Assembly: GCA_009787085.1 (NCBI GenBank)
Contig: WRGR01000045.1
Span: forward strand, 64,075 to 128,074
Direction: 5' to 3'
DNA length: 64,000 nt
Source of the DNA: Actinomycetes bacterium
GTDB taxonomy: Bacteria > Actinomycetota > Coriobacteriia > Coriobacteriales > UBA8131
Of this stretch, positions 8,974 to 17,883 are shown piece by piece. The number at the start of each line of letters is the position of its first letter. The stretch's first letter is position 1. The position numbers and the translations under genes are program-made. The notes under the pieces were generated by a model. The model did not search any database and was not told the origin of the DNA. It worked only from the letters and a program-made list of their open reading frames with translations.

Positions 8974-9511
8974 CCGGCTCTCCTGATTCGACTCCGATCA
9001 CTTTCCCATAAACCACATCGTCTGCCTTCAGCCTCCTGCCGTCGGCGAACAGATAGCCCGGTGCGACTTCTTGCAACGGAGTGACCACGAAATCCCGCTG
9101 CAAAGCGTAAAGGTGAGGCAGGCGCAGCAGCTCATCGTCGCTTCGCACTCCCTCAATGTCGATAATATCCAAATCCAGGGTGCGTGGCCCCCAATGCTCA
9201 TGTCGCAACCGCCCAAAACGCCGTTCCACAGCTTGCAATTGAGCAAGCAACACATAGGGGTCAAGGCCAGCGTCCAGCTCAACGAGCATCACTGCATTGA
9301 CGAACTCCGGCTGACCTTCCAAGTGCGCCGGTTCACTGCGGTAAAGTCGGCTGGCACGCACTAGTCGCAAGCCGGATATTTCCTGAACTGCCGCCATAGC
9401 ATCGCGTAAGGTGGCCTGAGCATCCCCCAAGTTCGCCCCCAAGGCGATCACCGCCCGTTTGCTAGATAAGATGTCGATGTTTGCTCCTCCAATCGTCTTG
9501 TACCCCGCCAA
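8960..9511 (-). CDS. folK: 6-hydroxymethyl-7,8-dihydropterin pyrophosphokinase (HPPK)
   Basis: AVIALGANLGD, QPEFVNAVMLVE, GPRTLDLDII, LPHLYALQRDFVVTPL. Confidence 0.85.
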   Translation of the reverse strand: MAGYKTIGGANIDILSSKRAVIALGANLGDAQATLRDAMAAVQEISGLRLVRASRLYRSEPAHLEGQPEFVNAVMLVELDAGLDPYVLLAQLQAVERRFGRLRHEHWGPRTLDLDIIDIEGVRSDDELLRLPHLYALQRDFVVTPLQEVAPGYLFADGRRLKADDVVYGKVIGVESGEPDVRA

Positions 9512-9595
9512 TTATTCCATCGCTGTGGCTACTGCCAGTAAATACCTTATCACTAAAAAGGTGCTATTCATGGTATACTTTTCCATCGTAGTCGT

Positions 9596-9673
9596 GGTGG
9601 GTGTAGCTCAGTTGGTTAGAGTGCCAGGTTGTGGCCCTGGAGGTCGTCGGTTCAAGTCCGATTACCCACCCCA
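9596..9673 (+). tRNA. tRNA-His (anticodon GTG)
   Basis: Cloverleaf folded by eye. The acceptor is GTGGGTG/TACCCAC with an extra 5' G(-1). The anticodon stem is CCAGG/CCTGG with loop TTGTGGC, the T-loop is TTCAAGT, and CCA is encoded. Confidence 0.9.
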
Positions 9674-9810
9674 GATTTTTCAGCTCCACGCGGGCTTTAG
9701 ATCGAATATAATGTATGCTTGTCTTTGAGTGTTAGATGAGTTACGGGCAGGGTATTTCCTGTTCTGGCAGCGATCCAGGCTACCATATGAAAGAAAATTG
9801 TTTTATGTTC

Positions 9811-9886
9811 GGGCCGTTAGCTCAGCTGGTAGAGCAGGGGACTCTTAATCCCAAGGTCCGGGGTTCGAGTCCCCGACGGCCCACCA
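9811..9886 (+). tRNA. tRNA-Lys (anticodon CTT)
   Basis: Acceptor GGGCCGT/ACGGCCC, D-arm AGCTCAGCTGGTAGAGC, anticodon loop CTCTTAA, T-arm CGGGG-TTCGAGT-CCCCG, encoded CCA. Confidence 0.9.
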
Positions 9887-10160
9887 GATATACTCACAAT
9901 CCATTGACCATTTTTAGCGGGTCGATGTTTTTTTGTCTCCTGCTACTTCTCCAAGGTTATAATGTCATTGACTTAAAAGTCAACGGTTAGGCGGACGAGG
10001 CTATTTGCTATTACGGCCTGATCCACAGCGAGAACAAGAAGGCAACTGGTGGCGAATTCTTGAACTGGATCATCTTCGACGAAGGCCAAGGCTGCGTCCA
10101 GCATGCTGGCTACATCCCACTTCGACAACACTGAACACGAACCTGAATAGGACTTGCACC

Positions 10161-10790
10161 ATGACAGACAATTATGAAAAAAACTATGAATCCTTGAGAT
10201 CTTGGCTGGCGGATTTGGATGTAGAGGCAGTTTATCAGCGGCTGGGACTGACGGAGCCAGTTGACGGTTGCCTGCATCTTGATTTACTGCGCCGCCATTA
10301 CCGTATCGATCAGCACGCAGTGCATGACGAAGGCGGCGAGGGCAAACCCAATGTCAACTGTCAAAGTGCCTTGATCTGGTATCTGACATATGGCGGTGTC
10401 GGCGAACCGCACTACAAGTTCCAACCCTTACGAGCATTCACCGAAGGATTGGTGTTCGCTGGCAACAACCAAGACGGCAACTGGCAAGCCAGTGCGACTG
10501 AACGGGCTTTTGCCAAAAACGAGGAAAGCATTGTCCAAGCCATGGGCATACTCGGAGCAGAGCCAATCGAAGCCGGTAGTGGCTTTGACTATGCTTGGCG
10601 GCTGCTGGTGTTGCCGAAGATGCCCATAGAGATTCGGTTTTGCCGCTCCGATGAGGAGTTCCCCTGCTCGATCAAGATTTACCCGGATGAGACGGCGATG
10701 AACTATCTGCCCTTTGAGGCATTGGCAGTTTTTATCGGCTGTATTTATGGTGAGATCACCCACATCGGCCGAACTTTGAACGGCGGCTGA
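10161..10790 (+). CDS. DUF3786-like protein (paralogue 1 of 3)
   Basis: MTDNYEKNYESL... The C-terminal block LPKMPIEIRFCRSDEEFPCSIKIYPDETAMNYLPFEALAV is shared with ORFs 19058-19753 and 19819-20442. The ORF-track start at 10005 adds a non-homologous Arg/Pro-rich leader, so the ATG at 10161 is preferred. Confidence 0.7.
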   Translation: MTDNYEKNYESLRSWLADLDVEAVYQRLGLTEPVDGCLHLDLLRRHYRIDQHAVHDEGGEGKPNVNCQSALIWYLTYGGVGEPHYKFQPLRAFTEGLVFAGNNQDGNWQASATERAFAKNEESIVQAMGILGAEPIEAGSGFDYAWRLLVLPKMPIEIRFCRSDEEFPCSIKIYPDETAMNYLPFEALAVFIGCIYGEITHIGRTLNGG

Positions 10791-10875
10791 AGGCCAATTA
10801 GCAGAGCCACTCCTCCGCCCCGTCTTCGCCCTATCCCTCGCCTATCCCCTCGTACCGTCTGCTATATCACTAATC

Positions 10876-10911
10876 GATAGGCTACGCCACCTGTCGGTGG
10901 CGTAGCCTATC
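10876..10911. terminator. Strong hairpin between the convergent DUF3786 gene and the ech operon
   Basis: GATAGGCTACGCCACC-tgtc-GGTGGCGTAGCCTATC, a perfect 16 bp stem. There is no clear U-tail. Confidence 0.6.
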
Positions 10912-10975
10912 GGGTACCACAGTACGGTTATGCTACCGTCCTCTAACGCACTCAGTGGCCGGAGGCACAGGACAG

Positions 10976-11350
10976 CTACTCTGCCGCAGCCACTGCCTTC
11001 TCATCATCCCCACCGGTCTTGACAAGTGTCTTGTATTCCTTGGTCGTGCTCGGCGCGGTATATTGCGCCAGCATGGTCAGGCAGTCCTTGGGGCAAGCCC
11101 GCACACAGGTGTAGCACTGAATGCAAGCAAAGGGGTCGATCTCCCAAGTCTTGCCCGGCTTATCAACATTGATAGCCAAACTCGGGCATTTCTTAGCGCA
11201 GATACTGCAAAGGCTACAAGCCTCAATATCGTTGACAATGCTGCCCTTGGTCATCGCCGTATAAGTCGGCGCAACCACTGGGTACATCTTGGTGGCGGGC
11301 TTCTTGAAAAGATTCCCGAAGGTCACACCACCCAAAACAAAGCTTCCCAT
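10976..11350 (-). CDS. echF: Energy-converting hydrogenase 2x[4Fe-4S] ferredoxin-like subunit
   Basis: Two CxxCxxCxxxCP motifs (CSLCSICAKKCP, CIQCYTCVRACP). It is the last gene of the six-gene operon. Confidence 0.8.
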   Translation of the reverse strand: MGSFVLGGVTFGNLFKKPATKMYPVVAPTYTAMTKGSIVNDIEACSLCSICAKKCPSLAINVDKPGKTWEIDPFACIQCYTCVRACPKDCLTMLAQYTAPSTTKEYKTLVKTGGDDEKAVAAAE

Positions 11351-11468
11351 CTAGTGGCTCCTCTCTTCTAGAGAAACGCCGGTTGATGCTGGTATGCCAA
11401 ACTCTAAGCCACGTTTGTCCATGGCGGCGTATCGCGCAAGCCGACGTAACATAATTAACCGATACTTC

Positions 11469-12557
11469 CTAACGCTCCGTGCAGCTGATGCAGGGGTCGA
11501 TAGTCAGGATGTTCAAGGGCACATCAGCAATGTCACAACCTTGCAGTATCTTGGTCATGCCACCAATGTTTTGCGCCGTAGGTGTACGGATACGGAAGCG
11601 CTCCAAGAATTTACTGCCATTGCCTTTGGCATAATAAAAACACTCACCGCGAGGCTGTTCCAAGCGGGAGGCCGAGACGCTACCGTCTTCGGGCGACCCC
11701 TTGACCTTGACCATTACCTCACCGTCAGGAATCTTGCTGACCAGCTCGACAATGATATCTATGGATTGCAAGACCTCTAGGGCACGAACTTTCGCCCGGC
11801 CATAACCGTCGCCGTCTTCACAGACTATCGGCTCAAACGCGCTCAAATAACCATAGCCGCCGAAACCGTAGCAACGGATGTCTTCCGCAACATTAGAAGC
11901 CCGGGCAAAGGGGCCGACCACGCAGTTGTCAATAGCATCCTGCTTGCTCAGATAGCCTACACCGATCAAGCGGCTCTTCACCGAGCCGTCGTTTAGGAAG
12001 GTCTTGGTCAGCTTGCTGTACTCGTTTCCCATGCCCTTCAGCACATCAACAATGCCCTTCAGTTCCTCATTCGTGATGTCATGGTAAACACCGCCGACGT
12101 TGCAGGCACTGAGGATCACCCGACCGCCCGTGGTGGCCTCAAAAATATCGAGAATGCGTTCACGTATCCGCCAGCATTGCATAAAAAGGTTCTCAAAGCC
12201 AAAGGCATCAGCCGCCAAGCCCATCCAAAGCAGGTGGCTATGAACACGGGACAGCTCATGCAGGATCACTCGCAGATACTCAGCGCGCTGGGGCACTTCA
12301 ATGCCCATCAGGATCTCAATAGTCTGCGAGTAGCCGAGGCTATGGCCGAAAGAGCAAATGCCGCAGATACGCTCAGTCACTGAGACAAAGGTGCTGTAAT
12401 CCTTTTTCTTTACCAGTTGCTCCAAGCCACGATGGACGAAGCCAATTTGCGGGATGGCTTCGACTACTGTCTCGTCCTCCACTACCAAGTCGAAGTGGAT
12501 GGGCTCTGGCAGAACTGGATGCTGAGGGCCAAAGGGGATTACTGTACGTTCAGCCAT
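11469..12557 (-). CDS. echE: Group 4 [NiFe]-hydrogenase large (catalytic) subunit
   Basis: 362 aa. N-terminal Ni-Fe ligand motif RICGICSFGH and C-terminal DPCISCTER, which is the last residue block with no cleavable extension. NuoD-like overall. The start overlaps the upstream stop (TAATG). Confidence 0.9.
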   Translation of the reverse strand: MAERTVIPFGPQHPVLPEPIHFDLVVEDETVVEAIPQIGFVHRGLEQLVKKKDYSTFVSVTERICGICSFGHSLGYSQTIEILMGIEVPQRAEYLRVILHELSRVHSHLLWMGLAADAFGFENLFMQCWRIRERILDIFEATTGGRVILSACNVGGVYHDITNEELKGIVDVLKGMGNEYSKLTKTFLNDGSVKSRLIGVGYLSKQDAIDNCVVGPFARASNVAEDIRCYGFGGYGYLSAFEPIVCEDGDGYGRAKVRALEVLQSIDIIVELVSKIPDGEVMVKVKGSPEDGSVSASRLEQPRGECFYYAKGNGSKFLERFRIRTPTAQNIGGMTKILQGCDIADVPLNILTIDPCISCTER

Positions 12558-12991
12558 TAGTTGCCCCCTTCCTGTCCGTCGGTGGGTTGGTCAGCAGATT
12601 TGCTGTCACGGTAGGTCACTGTGAAAGAATTGTCGACAAAGGGCGATTGCGGGTTCATCGGGGTTGGCACGCTGACACCATAGAACTTGCCGCCGAAGTC
12701 GATGGCAATGTCTTTAATGTTCACGCCGAACAAGTCGTGCACTTCGTTTTCAAACACCAGCGCGTTAAAGAAGATGTCACTCACAGCCGGCACCGTTGCG
12801 CCAGGCTCGGCCACCAAGCGCAACTGTTCAAACTCCTTAAAATCGGAAAACGAGTAAAGCAGCTCCACGCCACCAGGCACGGTCGAGCCAGTGAGAGCCA
12901 CAAAACGCCAGCCCTTTTGCTGGTAGTCACGCGCCTTGTCATGAATCTCGGCAATCGTGGTGTTAATAAAAACTTGGGGATCCATAGCCAT
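12557..12991 (-). CDS. echD: Hydrogenase NuoC-like subunit (EchD position)
   Basis: 144 aa with the NuoC-type motif ALVFENEVHDLFGVNI. Confidence 0.7.
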   Translation of the reverse strand: MAMDPQVFINTTIAEIHDKARDYQQKGWRFVALTGSTVPGGVELLYSFSDFKEFEQLRLVAEPGATVPAVSDIFFNALVFENEVHDLFGVNIKDIAIDFGGKFYGVSVPTPMNPQSPFVDNSFTVTYRDSKSADQPTDGQEGGN

Positions 12992-12994
12992 TGC

Positions 12995-13525
12995 TCATAC
13001 CTCCAATGCTGCTTTGACGGCTTCGTCAACCCGAACGCCATCAACGATCTTGGCAGCAGCGGTGACATCAGTGACCACCGGACGCGGAGCCAGCCGGTTC
13101 TCCTTCAAGGCGCTACGGCGCTCTTCGAGGATGCCCAAGCCGGTTACCACGGCATCGATAATCGCCTCCGGGCGAATAGCACACCCCGGAGCATAAACAT
13201 CGACCGGAATGGCATTGTCAACGCCGCCCAAAGTGTTGTAGCACTCCCGGAAGATACCGCCGGTACAGGCGCAAATTCCACAGGCAATGACCACTTTGGG
13301 GTCAGGTATCTGCTCATATATCTGTTGCAGCACTTTGATGTTCTGCTCATTGACACTGCCAGTGACCAAGAAAATATCAGCATGCTTGGGATTGCCAGTG
13401 TTGATGATGCCAAAACGCTCAACATCGTACATGGGTGTCAAACAGGCCAGTACCTCGATGTCACAGCCATTGCAGCTGGAAGCATCGTAGTGCAGCAGCC
13501 AAGGGGATTTTGCAGTTGCAGTCAC
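12995..13525 (-). CDS. echC: Hydrogenase small subunit (NuoB-like, one [4Fe-4S])
   Basis: SSCNGCDIE, ACGICACTGG and APGCAIRPE, the NuoB/EchC cysteine pattern. Confidence 0.88.
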   Translation of the reverse strand: MTATAKSPWLLHYDASSCNGCDIEVLACLTPMYDVERFGIINTGNPKHADIFLVTGSVNEQNIKVLQQIYEQIPDPKVVIACGICACTGGIFRECYNTLGGVDNAIPVDVYAPGCAIRPEAIIDAVVTGLGILEERRSALKENRLAPRPVVTDVTAAAKIVDGVRVDEAVKAALEV

Positions 13526-13534
13526 TATATCCTC

Positions 13535-14440
13535 CTAACCCAACCAGTGCCAATTAAGTGAGACCAAGTTAACAGTCACGCAAACTAACGTAACTATCCA
13601 AGACCATCTTAACATGGCACCCCACTTAACGCGGGCAAAGTTGTTGTCAATGAATATCTCCAGAAAATACACTACCAAAAGGGCAACGATCGCGATCGGA
13701 ATGGCCAGCCAATTTCCCCAGACGAAGAAGATGCCAGTCCATCCCAAGAAAAGGATGTTCTCGTACCAGTGGGTAACCTCGACCAAAGCCAAGGTGCGAC
13801 CGCTCATCTCCGTGGAGATACCCTTGACCAGCTCTTGGTGGGCATGATGTGAATAGCTAAGGTCAAATGGGCTTTTACGGAACTTGATGGTCAGGATGAA
13901 GAGGAAGCCAACGAAGATTAAGGGCAGACAAGTGATCAGCGGACGATCCAGTGCGAACACGGCGCTGGTGTCAAAAACACCTGGGTTACTAACCCCGTTC
14001 AGAACGTCCATGCCCAAATAAAAGGCGACGCAAAGCATGATGACCATCGGCTCATAGCTCATAACCTGGGCAATCTCGCGCTCAGCGCCGATCTCCGCAT
14101 AAGGGGAGCGGGTCGAATAGGCCGCGATCACGAAGAACAGGCTGGAAAGCGTGAGCACAAAAACCACCAGCAGGAAGTTGCCGCCGGCAAAGAAGATGAC
14201 GCCGGAGATGATGGCAAAGACCAGAGACATCAGGATATAAAAGCCCTGATAGCTGTTGACTGTCCACTTCTGCTTGTTCCAGAGCTTCAAAACGTCATAG
14301 AAGGGCTGTAGCAGGGGCGGGCCGACACGGCTTTGCAAACGGGCGGTGATCTTGCGGTCGACACCGGCCAACAAGCCGCCCAACAATGGGGCAAAGATGG
14401 TAAAGCAGACTAACGAAATGATGAAAGATACTATAGTCAT
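13535..14440 (-). CDS. echB: Hydrogenase integral membrane subunit (NuoH/HycD-like)
   Basis: 301 aa polytopic membrane protein of NuoH-like size, sitting between the antiporter-like and small subunits. Confidence 0.8.
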   Translation of the reverse strand: MTIVSFIISLVCFTIFAPLLGGLLAGVDRKITARLQSRVGPPLLQPFYDVLKLWNKQKWTVNSYQGFYILMSLVFAIISGVIFFAGGNFLLVVFVLTLSSLFFVIAAYSTRSPYAEIGAEREIAQVMSYEPMVIMLCVAFYLGMDVLNGVSNPGVFDTSAVFALDRPLITCLPLIFVGFLFILTIKFRKSPFDLSYSHHAHQELVKGISTEMSGRTLALVEVTHWYENILFLGWTGIFFVWGNWLAIPIAIVALLVVYFLEIFIDNNFARVKWGAMLRWSWIVTLVCVTVNLVSLNWHWLG

Positions 14441-14451
14441 GTGTCAGCCTC

Positions 14452-16458
14452 CTATATCTGAATGAAGTTCAGGCCGATGGAAATCGCCGCTGCCAAGCCA
14501 ATGACCAATAAGGCGATGGTCACAATATAGGATGGCAGATAAAGGGCTTTCTCCCCGAACACTTTGTCCAAATACCAGTTACGCTGGCTAGCCTTGGCAG
14601 TCTGGGAAAGCGAGTTGGTGTACTCCCGCTCCTCGGAGTTGGTGCCAACACCAGCCAAGTAAATGCCCACTTCGGCCTTGGAGCGTGGGCGGAAGAACTG
14701 GATGGCGAAGATTGCCAGCAAAAGCAAGGCGATCACGGCCATGATGATCAGGTTGTCCAAACTGATTGCAGCAGTGAGCAGCGTTGCGGGGAAGGCCGCC
14801 TTCAGATACGGAACCACCGAGAACTCCGAGATCAGCGGGAAGAACACGCACATGGCAAAGGCTAAGAAGGCCATCAGAGCCAACGAGAACCACTCCGTCT
14901 TATGCACACCCTTCTCGGCCTCATTACTGGCGTGGGAGACAGCAATGATCTTGCCCAGCCACTTCGACCAGAACATGAAGGTCGCCGCCGATCCGAAAGC
15001 CAAGATAACCAGCAATATCATGTTGCCGGTTTCGGCCAGCGAGACAATTGTCGCCCATTTGGAGATCAGCATGCCGAAGGGGGCAACGAACATGCAAAGG
15101 ATGCCTAGGGCAGTGAAACGCGAGATGTTCGGCAGACGGTCGAACAGCTCGTCCATGCTCTCGATATCGCGGCTGCCGATATGGTGCTCGGTAGTGCCGA
15201 CGCAAAGGAAGAGCAGAGACTTGGCCGCTGCGTGGAAGATCAACAAGAAGATGGCCGCCCAAACAGCCTCCGGCGTACCAACGCCGGCGCAGGCCACAAT
15301 CAGGCCAAGGTTGGCAATGGTGGAATAGGCCAGAACCCGTTTAGCGTTGGACTGCGAAATGGCCAAGCAAGAGCAGCCCAGGAAGGTCACGCCGCCGACT
15401 AAGACCACGATCCAGCCGTTGAAGTTCACAAGTCCGGTGGCAGTCGTAATACCTAGGCAAGGAGCCAGCTTGATAAGCATGAAGACACCGGCCTTGACCA
15501 TCGTCGAGGAGTGCAGCAAGGCCGAAGTCGGGGTTGGTGCCACCATGGCACCCAAAAGCCAAGTATGGAAGGGCATCTGCGCCGCCTTGGTGAAACCAGC
15601 CAGCGCTAGGAGCATCACCGGGAGCATCACCAAGACTGACGGCCCCTGGGCGATGAGTGCGCTCAACTCCAAAGTAGGCTTAGTGCCGGCTACTGCCCCG
15701 GAGGCCAAGATCACCAAAGCCACGGAGAAGGCGATACCGCCGAGCAGGTTCATGTAAATCTGCCTGAAGGAATTGCGGATAGCCTCATCAGTGCGGGTAT
15801 AGCCGATCAAGGCAAAGGAGCAAACGGTAGTGACTTCCCAACCGGTCAACAGCCAAGTCAGATCGTTGCTCAAAACAATAATGAACATCGCCGAGAGGAA
15901 GACAAACATCAGGGCAAAGAACACCGGTCGCCTGTCCTTTTTGCCATGTTCGTCCTCGTGTTTTTGGAAGTCTACCATGTAGCCGTTGGCATAGATGCAG
16001 ATGCCGCTACCGATAATGCCGATAACCAGCACCATAATCGCCGATAACCCGTCAATGTAGAGCTGATGGCTCATGCTCTCCAGAGCGTGATGCACCCAGA
16101 AGATCTCGAGGCAAACCACGACTACACCTTGCACCAAGGCCATCAACACCGCGAGGAAACGCTTATAGATAATACCCTTGGCAATTATGTAGACGCAGCA
16201 GATGATATCGATGGCCAAGGCAATATAGCCCAGCCACTCGGCATCCTTGATCAACAACGTGTCGCTGCCACCGGTTATGTAGCGCAGCCCAAAAGCCAGC
16301 GAAGCCAAAATGATCAAGGCGGCCAACACGACCACCAAGCCACCACGCACTTTTGCGTTACGAACCAAAAGCATAATCCCGGCAGCGATCACCGGAAGGA
16401 CAATTAGAACTGCTAGGTTCAGCTGTGTTATAAAGTCCATCTGTGTTACTACGTCCAT
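14452..16458 (-). CDS. echA: Hydrogenase antiporter-like membrane subunit (NuoL/HyfB-like)
   Basis: About 668 aa with many TM helices. The ATG at 16458 lies 6 nt after GAAGGAGG. The GTG at 16464 in the ORF track abuts the RBS and is less likely. Confidence 0.85.
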   Translation of the reverse strand: MDVVTQMDFITQLNLAVLIVLPVIAAGIMLLVRNAKVRGGLVVVLAALIILASLAFGLRYITGGSDTLLIKDAEWLGYIALAIDIICCVYIIAKGIIYKRFLAVLMALVQGVVVVCLEIFWVHHALESMSHQLYIDGLSAIMVLVIGIIGSGICIYANGYMVDFQKHEDEHGKKDRRPVFFALMFVFLSAMFIIVLSNDLTWLLTGWEVTTVCSFALIGYTRTDEAIRNSFRQIYMNLLGGIAFSVALVILASGAVAGTKPTLELSALIAQGPSVLVMLPVMLLALAGFTKAAQMPFHTWLLGAMVAPTPTSALLHSSTMVKAGVFMLIKLAPCLGITTATGLVNFNGWIVVLVGGVTFLGCSCLAISQSNAKRVLAYSTIANLGLIVACAGVGTPEAVWAAIFLLIFHAAAKSLLFLCVGTTEHHIGSRDIESMDELFDRLPNISRFTALGILCMFVAPFGMLISKWATIVSLAETGNMILLVILAFGSAATFMFWSKWLGKIIAVSHASNEAEKGVHKTEWFSLALMAFLAFAMCVFFPLISEFSVVPYLKAAFPATLLTAAISLDNLIIMAVIALLLLAIFAIQFFRPRSKAEVGIYLAGVGTNSEEREYTNSLSQTAKASQRNWYLDKVFGEKALYLPSYIVTIALLVIGLAAAISIGLNFIQI

Positions 16459-17087
16459 CGACACCCTCCTTCAAAGCTATTGGTGCCCACTTCCATCTGT
16501 TTAGCAGATGTTACTGACAATTTCGATTTCACAACTTCTCCTTCCAGCAAGATAGGGCGTACACGACTATCCAGTCGTCTTGGTGAAAACCGCGCAACCG
16601 CACTGCGAGTTACAACAACACGAGCCGCGGTGACCTAAGTTGGGATTGGCTCCTTCCGCAAAACCAGCTTCGCCGCATGACCTAGAAGATGTTTCCTGCC
16701 GCCCCCGACAGGGCGCCCCTGCCAGCTTCCCTATTGCTCAAAACGGCAATAGTCTTAGGCATCTCTTCTAGCTCCTCGTCCAAGACTCCCCAGCCCTGGT
16801 TCCAATCTCCAACCCGACAACAGAATGATAACGTGCTCTAAACTGTGATATTATATCGCACCTACAGCTGGGATGCAGTTCTGAGATTTACTATAAAGTT
16901 AAGATACTTTTCCTACAAAATGTATGAGAAGACAACGGCACTAGTCGGTGGCTTCCTGGGGAAGCAGCGTAAAAGATTGCGGCTCAAGGCCGCAATGACT
17001 GTACTTCGAGCATTGATCAACACTTCCCAAGCAGCACCTGTGTTAAAATCATCGGAACAAGTGCCTGTCAAACAGCGAGGAGTCCAA

Positions 17088-17669
17088 ATGCATGACAATC
17101 ACCATGGTCTTGACCAGACATCCAACGATCACGCCCACTCGCATGGGCACGGGCATGCACATACGCATGTGCATGAACATCCGCACACCCATACACATGA
17201 ACACCCGCACGACCATCCACATGCCGACAAGCATGAACATCCCCATGAGCACACACACAGCCACCCCCATGAACACACGCATGCCCATCCACATGAACAC
17301 CCGCACGACCATCCACATGCCGACAAGCATGAACATCCCCATGAGCACACACACAGCCACCCCCATGAGCACACGCATGCCCATCCAGATGAGCATGTGT
17401 GTGCAGAGGACCATGGTCACGACCACAGCCCGAGCCACAACAGCGCCGCCAACGGCAGCAACTCAGGCTTAAAAACATTGAAGTTGCTCTCTTACATGTT
17501 GGAGCACAATACCCAGCACACTCAGGAATTATCGGAGCTCGCCAACAAACTGGATAGCCATGGATTTGCTGAAGCCGCCCAACAAATGGCCCTCAGCGTC
17601 GAGCACTATCAGAGGGGCAATGATGCCTTAACAGCAGCGCTGCGCCTAGCAGAGAGGAAAGGGGCCTGA
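17088..17669 (+). CDS. Histidine-rich metal-binding protein (CooJ/Hpn-like function inferred) with a helical C-terminal domain
   Basis: The ATG at 17088 lies 6 nt after GAGGAG. I count about 49 His in the first ~113 residues (HxH/HEHPH repeats). The C-terminal ~75 aa are non-repetitive and helical (LKLLSYMLEHNTQHTQELSELANKL). A CooT-like gene follows directly. Confidence 0.8.
   Translation: MHDNHHGLDQTSNDHAHSHGHGHAHTHVHEHPHTHTHEHPHDHPHADKHEHPHEHTHSHPHEHTHAHPHEHPHDHPHADKHEHPHEHTHSHPHEHTHAHPDEHVCAEDHGHDHSPSHNSAANGSNSGLKTLKLLSYMLEHNTQHTQELSELANKLDSHGFAEAAQQMALSVEHYQRGNDALTAALRLAERKGA
17196..17387 (+). repeat. 96 bp x2 in-frame tandem duplication inside the His-rich gene
   Basis: 17196-17291 and 17292-17387 differ at one position as I read them (catgaAcacacgc versus catgaGcacacgc). 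Each copy encodes HEHPHDHPHADKHEHPHEHTHSHPHEHTHAHP. Confidence 0.95.
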
Positions 17670-17670
17670 A

Positions 17671-17874
17671 ATGTGCCTTTCGACTATCTATTATGCCGAT
17701 GATAAAAAACATGAAGAGCCACTGGCCGAAGATGTTACCGAGGTGCGCATAAGAGACGGTTGCCTTGTTTTTACCGACCTGATCGGCGCGGACACCGAGA
17801 TAGCCGGGGATATCGAGTGTATCGATTTTGTCCGCAGCTATATCACCGTGAGAAGACCCGAGGGCACTGCCTAG
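17671..17874 (+). CDS. cooT: CooT-family nickel-binding protein (CODH maturation)
   Basis: 67 aa starting MC (Cys2). The length and pattern resemble Rhodospirillum rubrum CooT (MCMAKVVL...). The start is 1 nt after the His-rich gene's stop. Confidence 0.7.
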   Translation: MCLSTIYYADDKKHEEPLAEDVTEVRIRDGCLVFTDLIGADTEIAGDIECIDFVRSYITVRRPEGTA

Positions 17875-17883
17875 GCTTGGCCT

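Noticed and set aside
10005-10160. Extended N-terminus of the first DUF3786 ORF (start at 10005)
   Set aside because: The extra 52 residues are Arg/Pro/Leu-rich with no counterpart in the two paralogues. The homologous region begins at the ATG at 10161.
11351-11468. Possible 33-codon ORF (MLRRLARYAAMDKRGLEFGIPASTGVSLEERSH) in the echE-echF spacer
   Set aside because: There is no convincing RBS (GGAAG lies 12 nt away), no family signal and it is very short. I treat the region as an intergenic spacer until conservation is shown.
17049-17478. Minus-strand ORFs (17049-17438, 17068-17478, 17129-17374) and the alternative plus frame (17092-17472) over the His-rich gene
   Set aside because: These are artefacts of the CAY/CCN repeat. 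Their products are Met/Cys/Val/Gly or Thr/Pro/Met strings that mirror the repeat. The His frame has the strong RBS and the functional neighbour (cooT).
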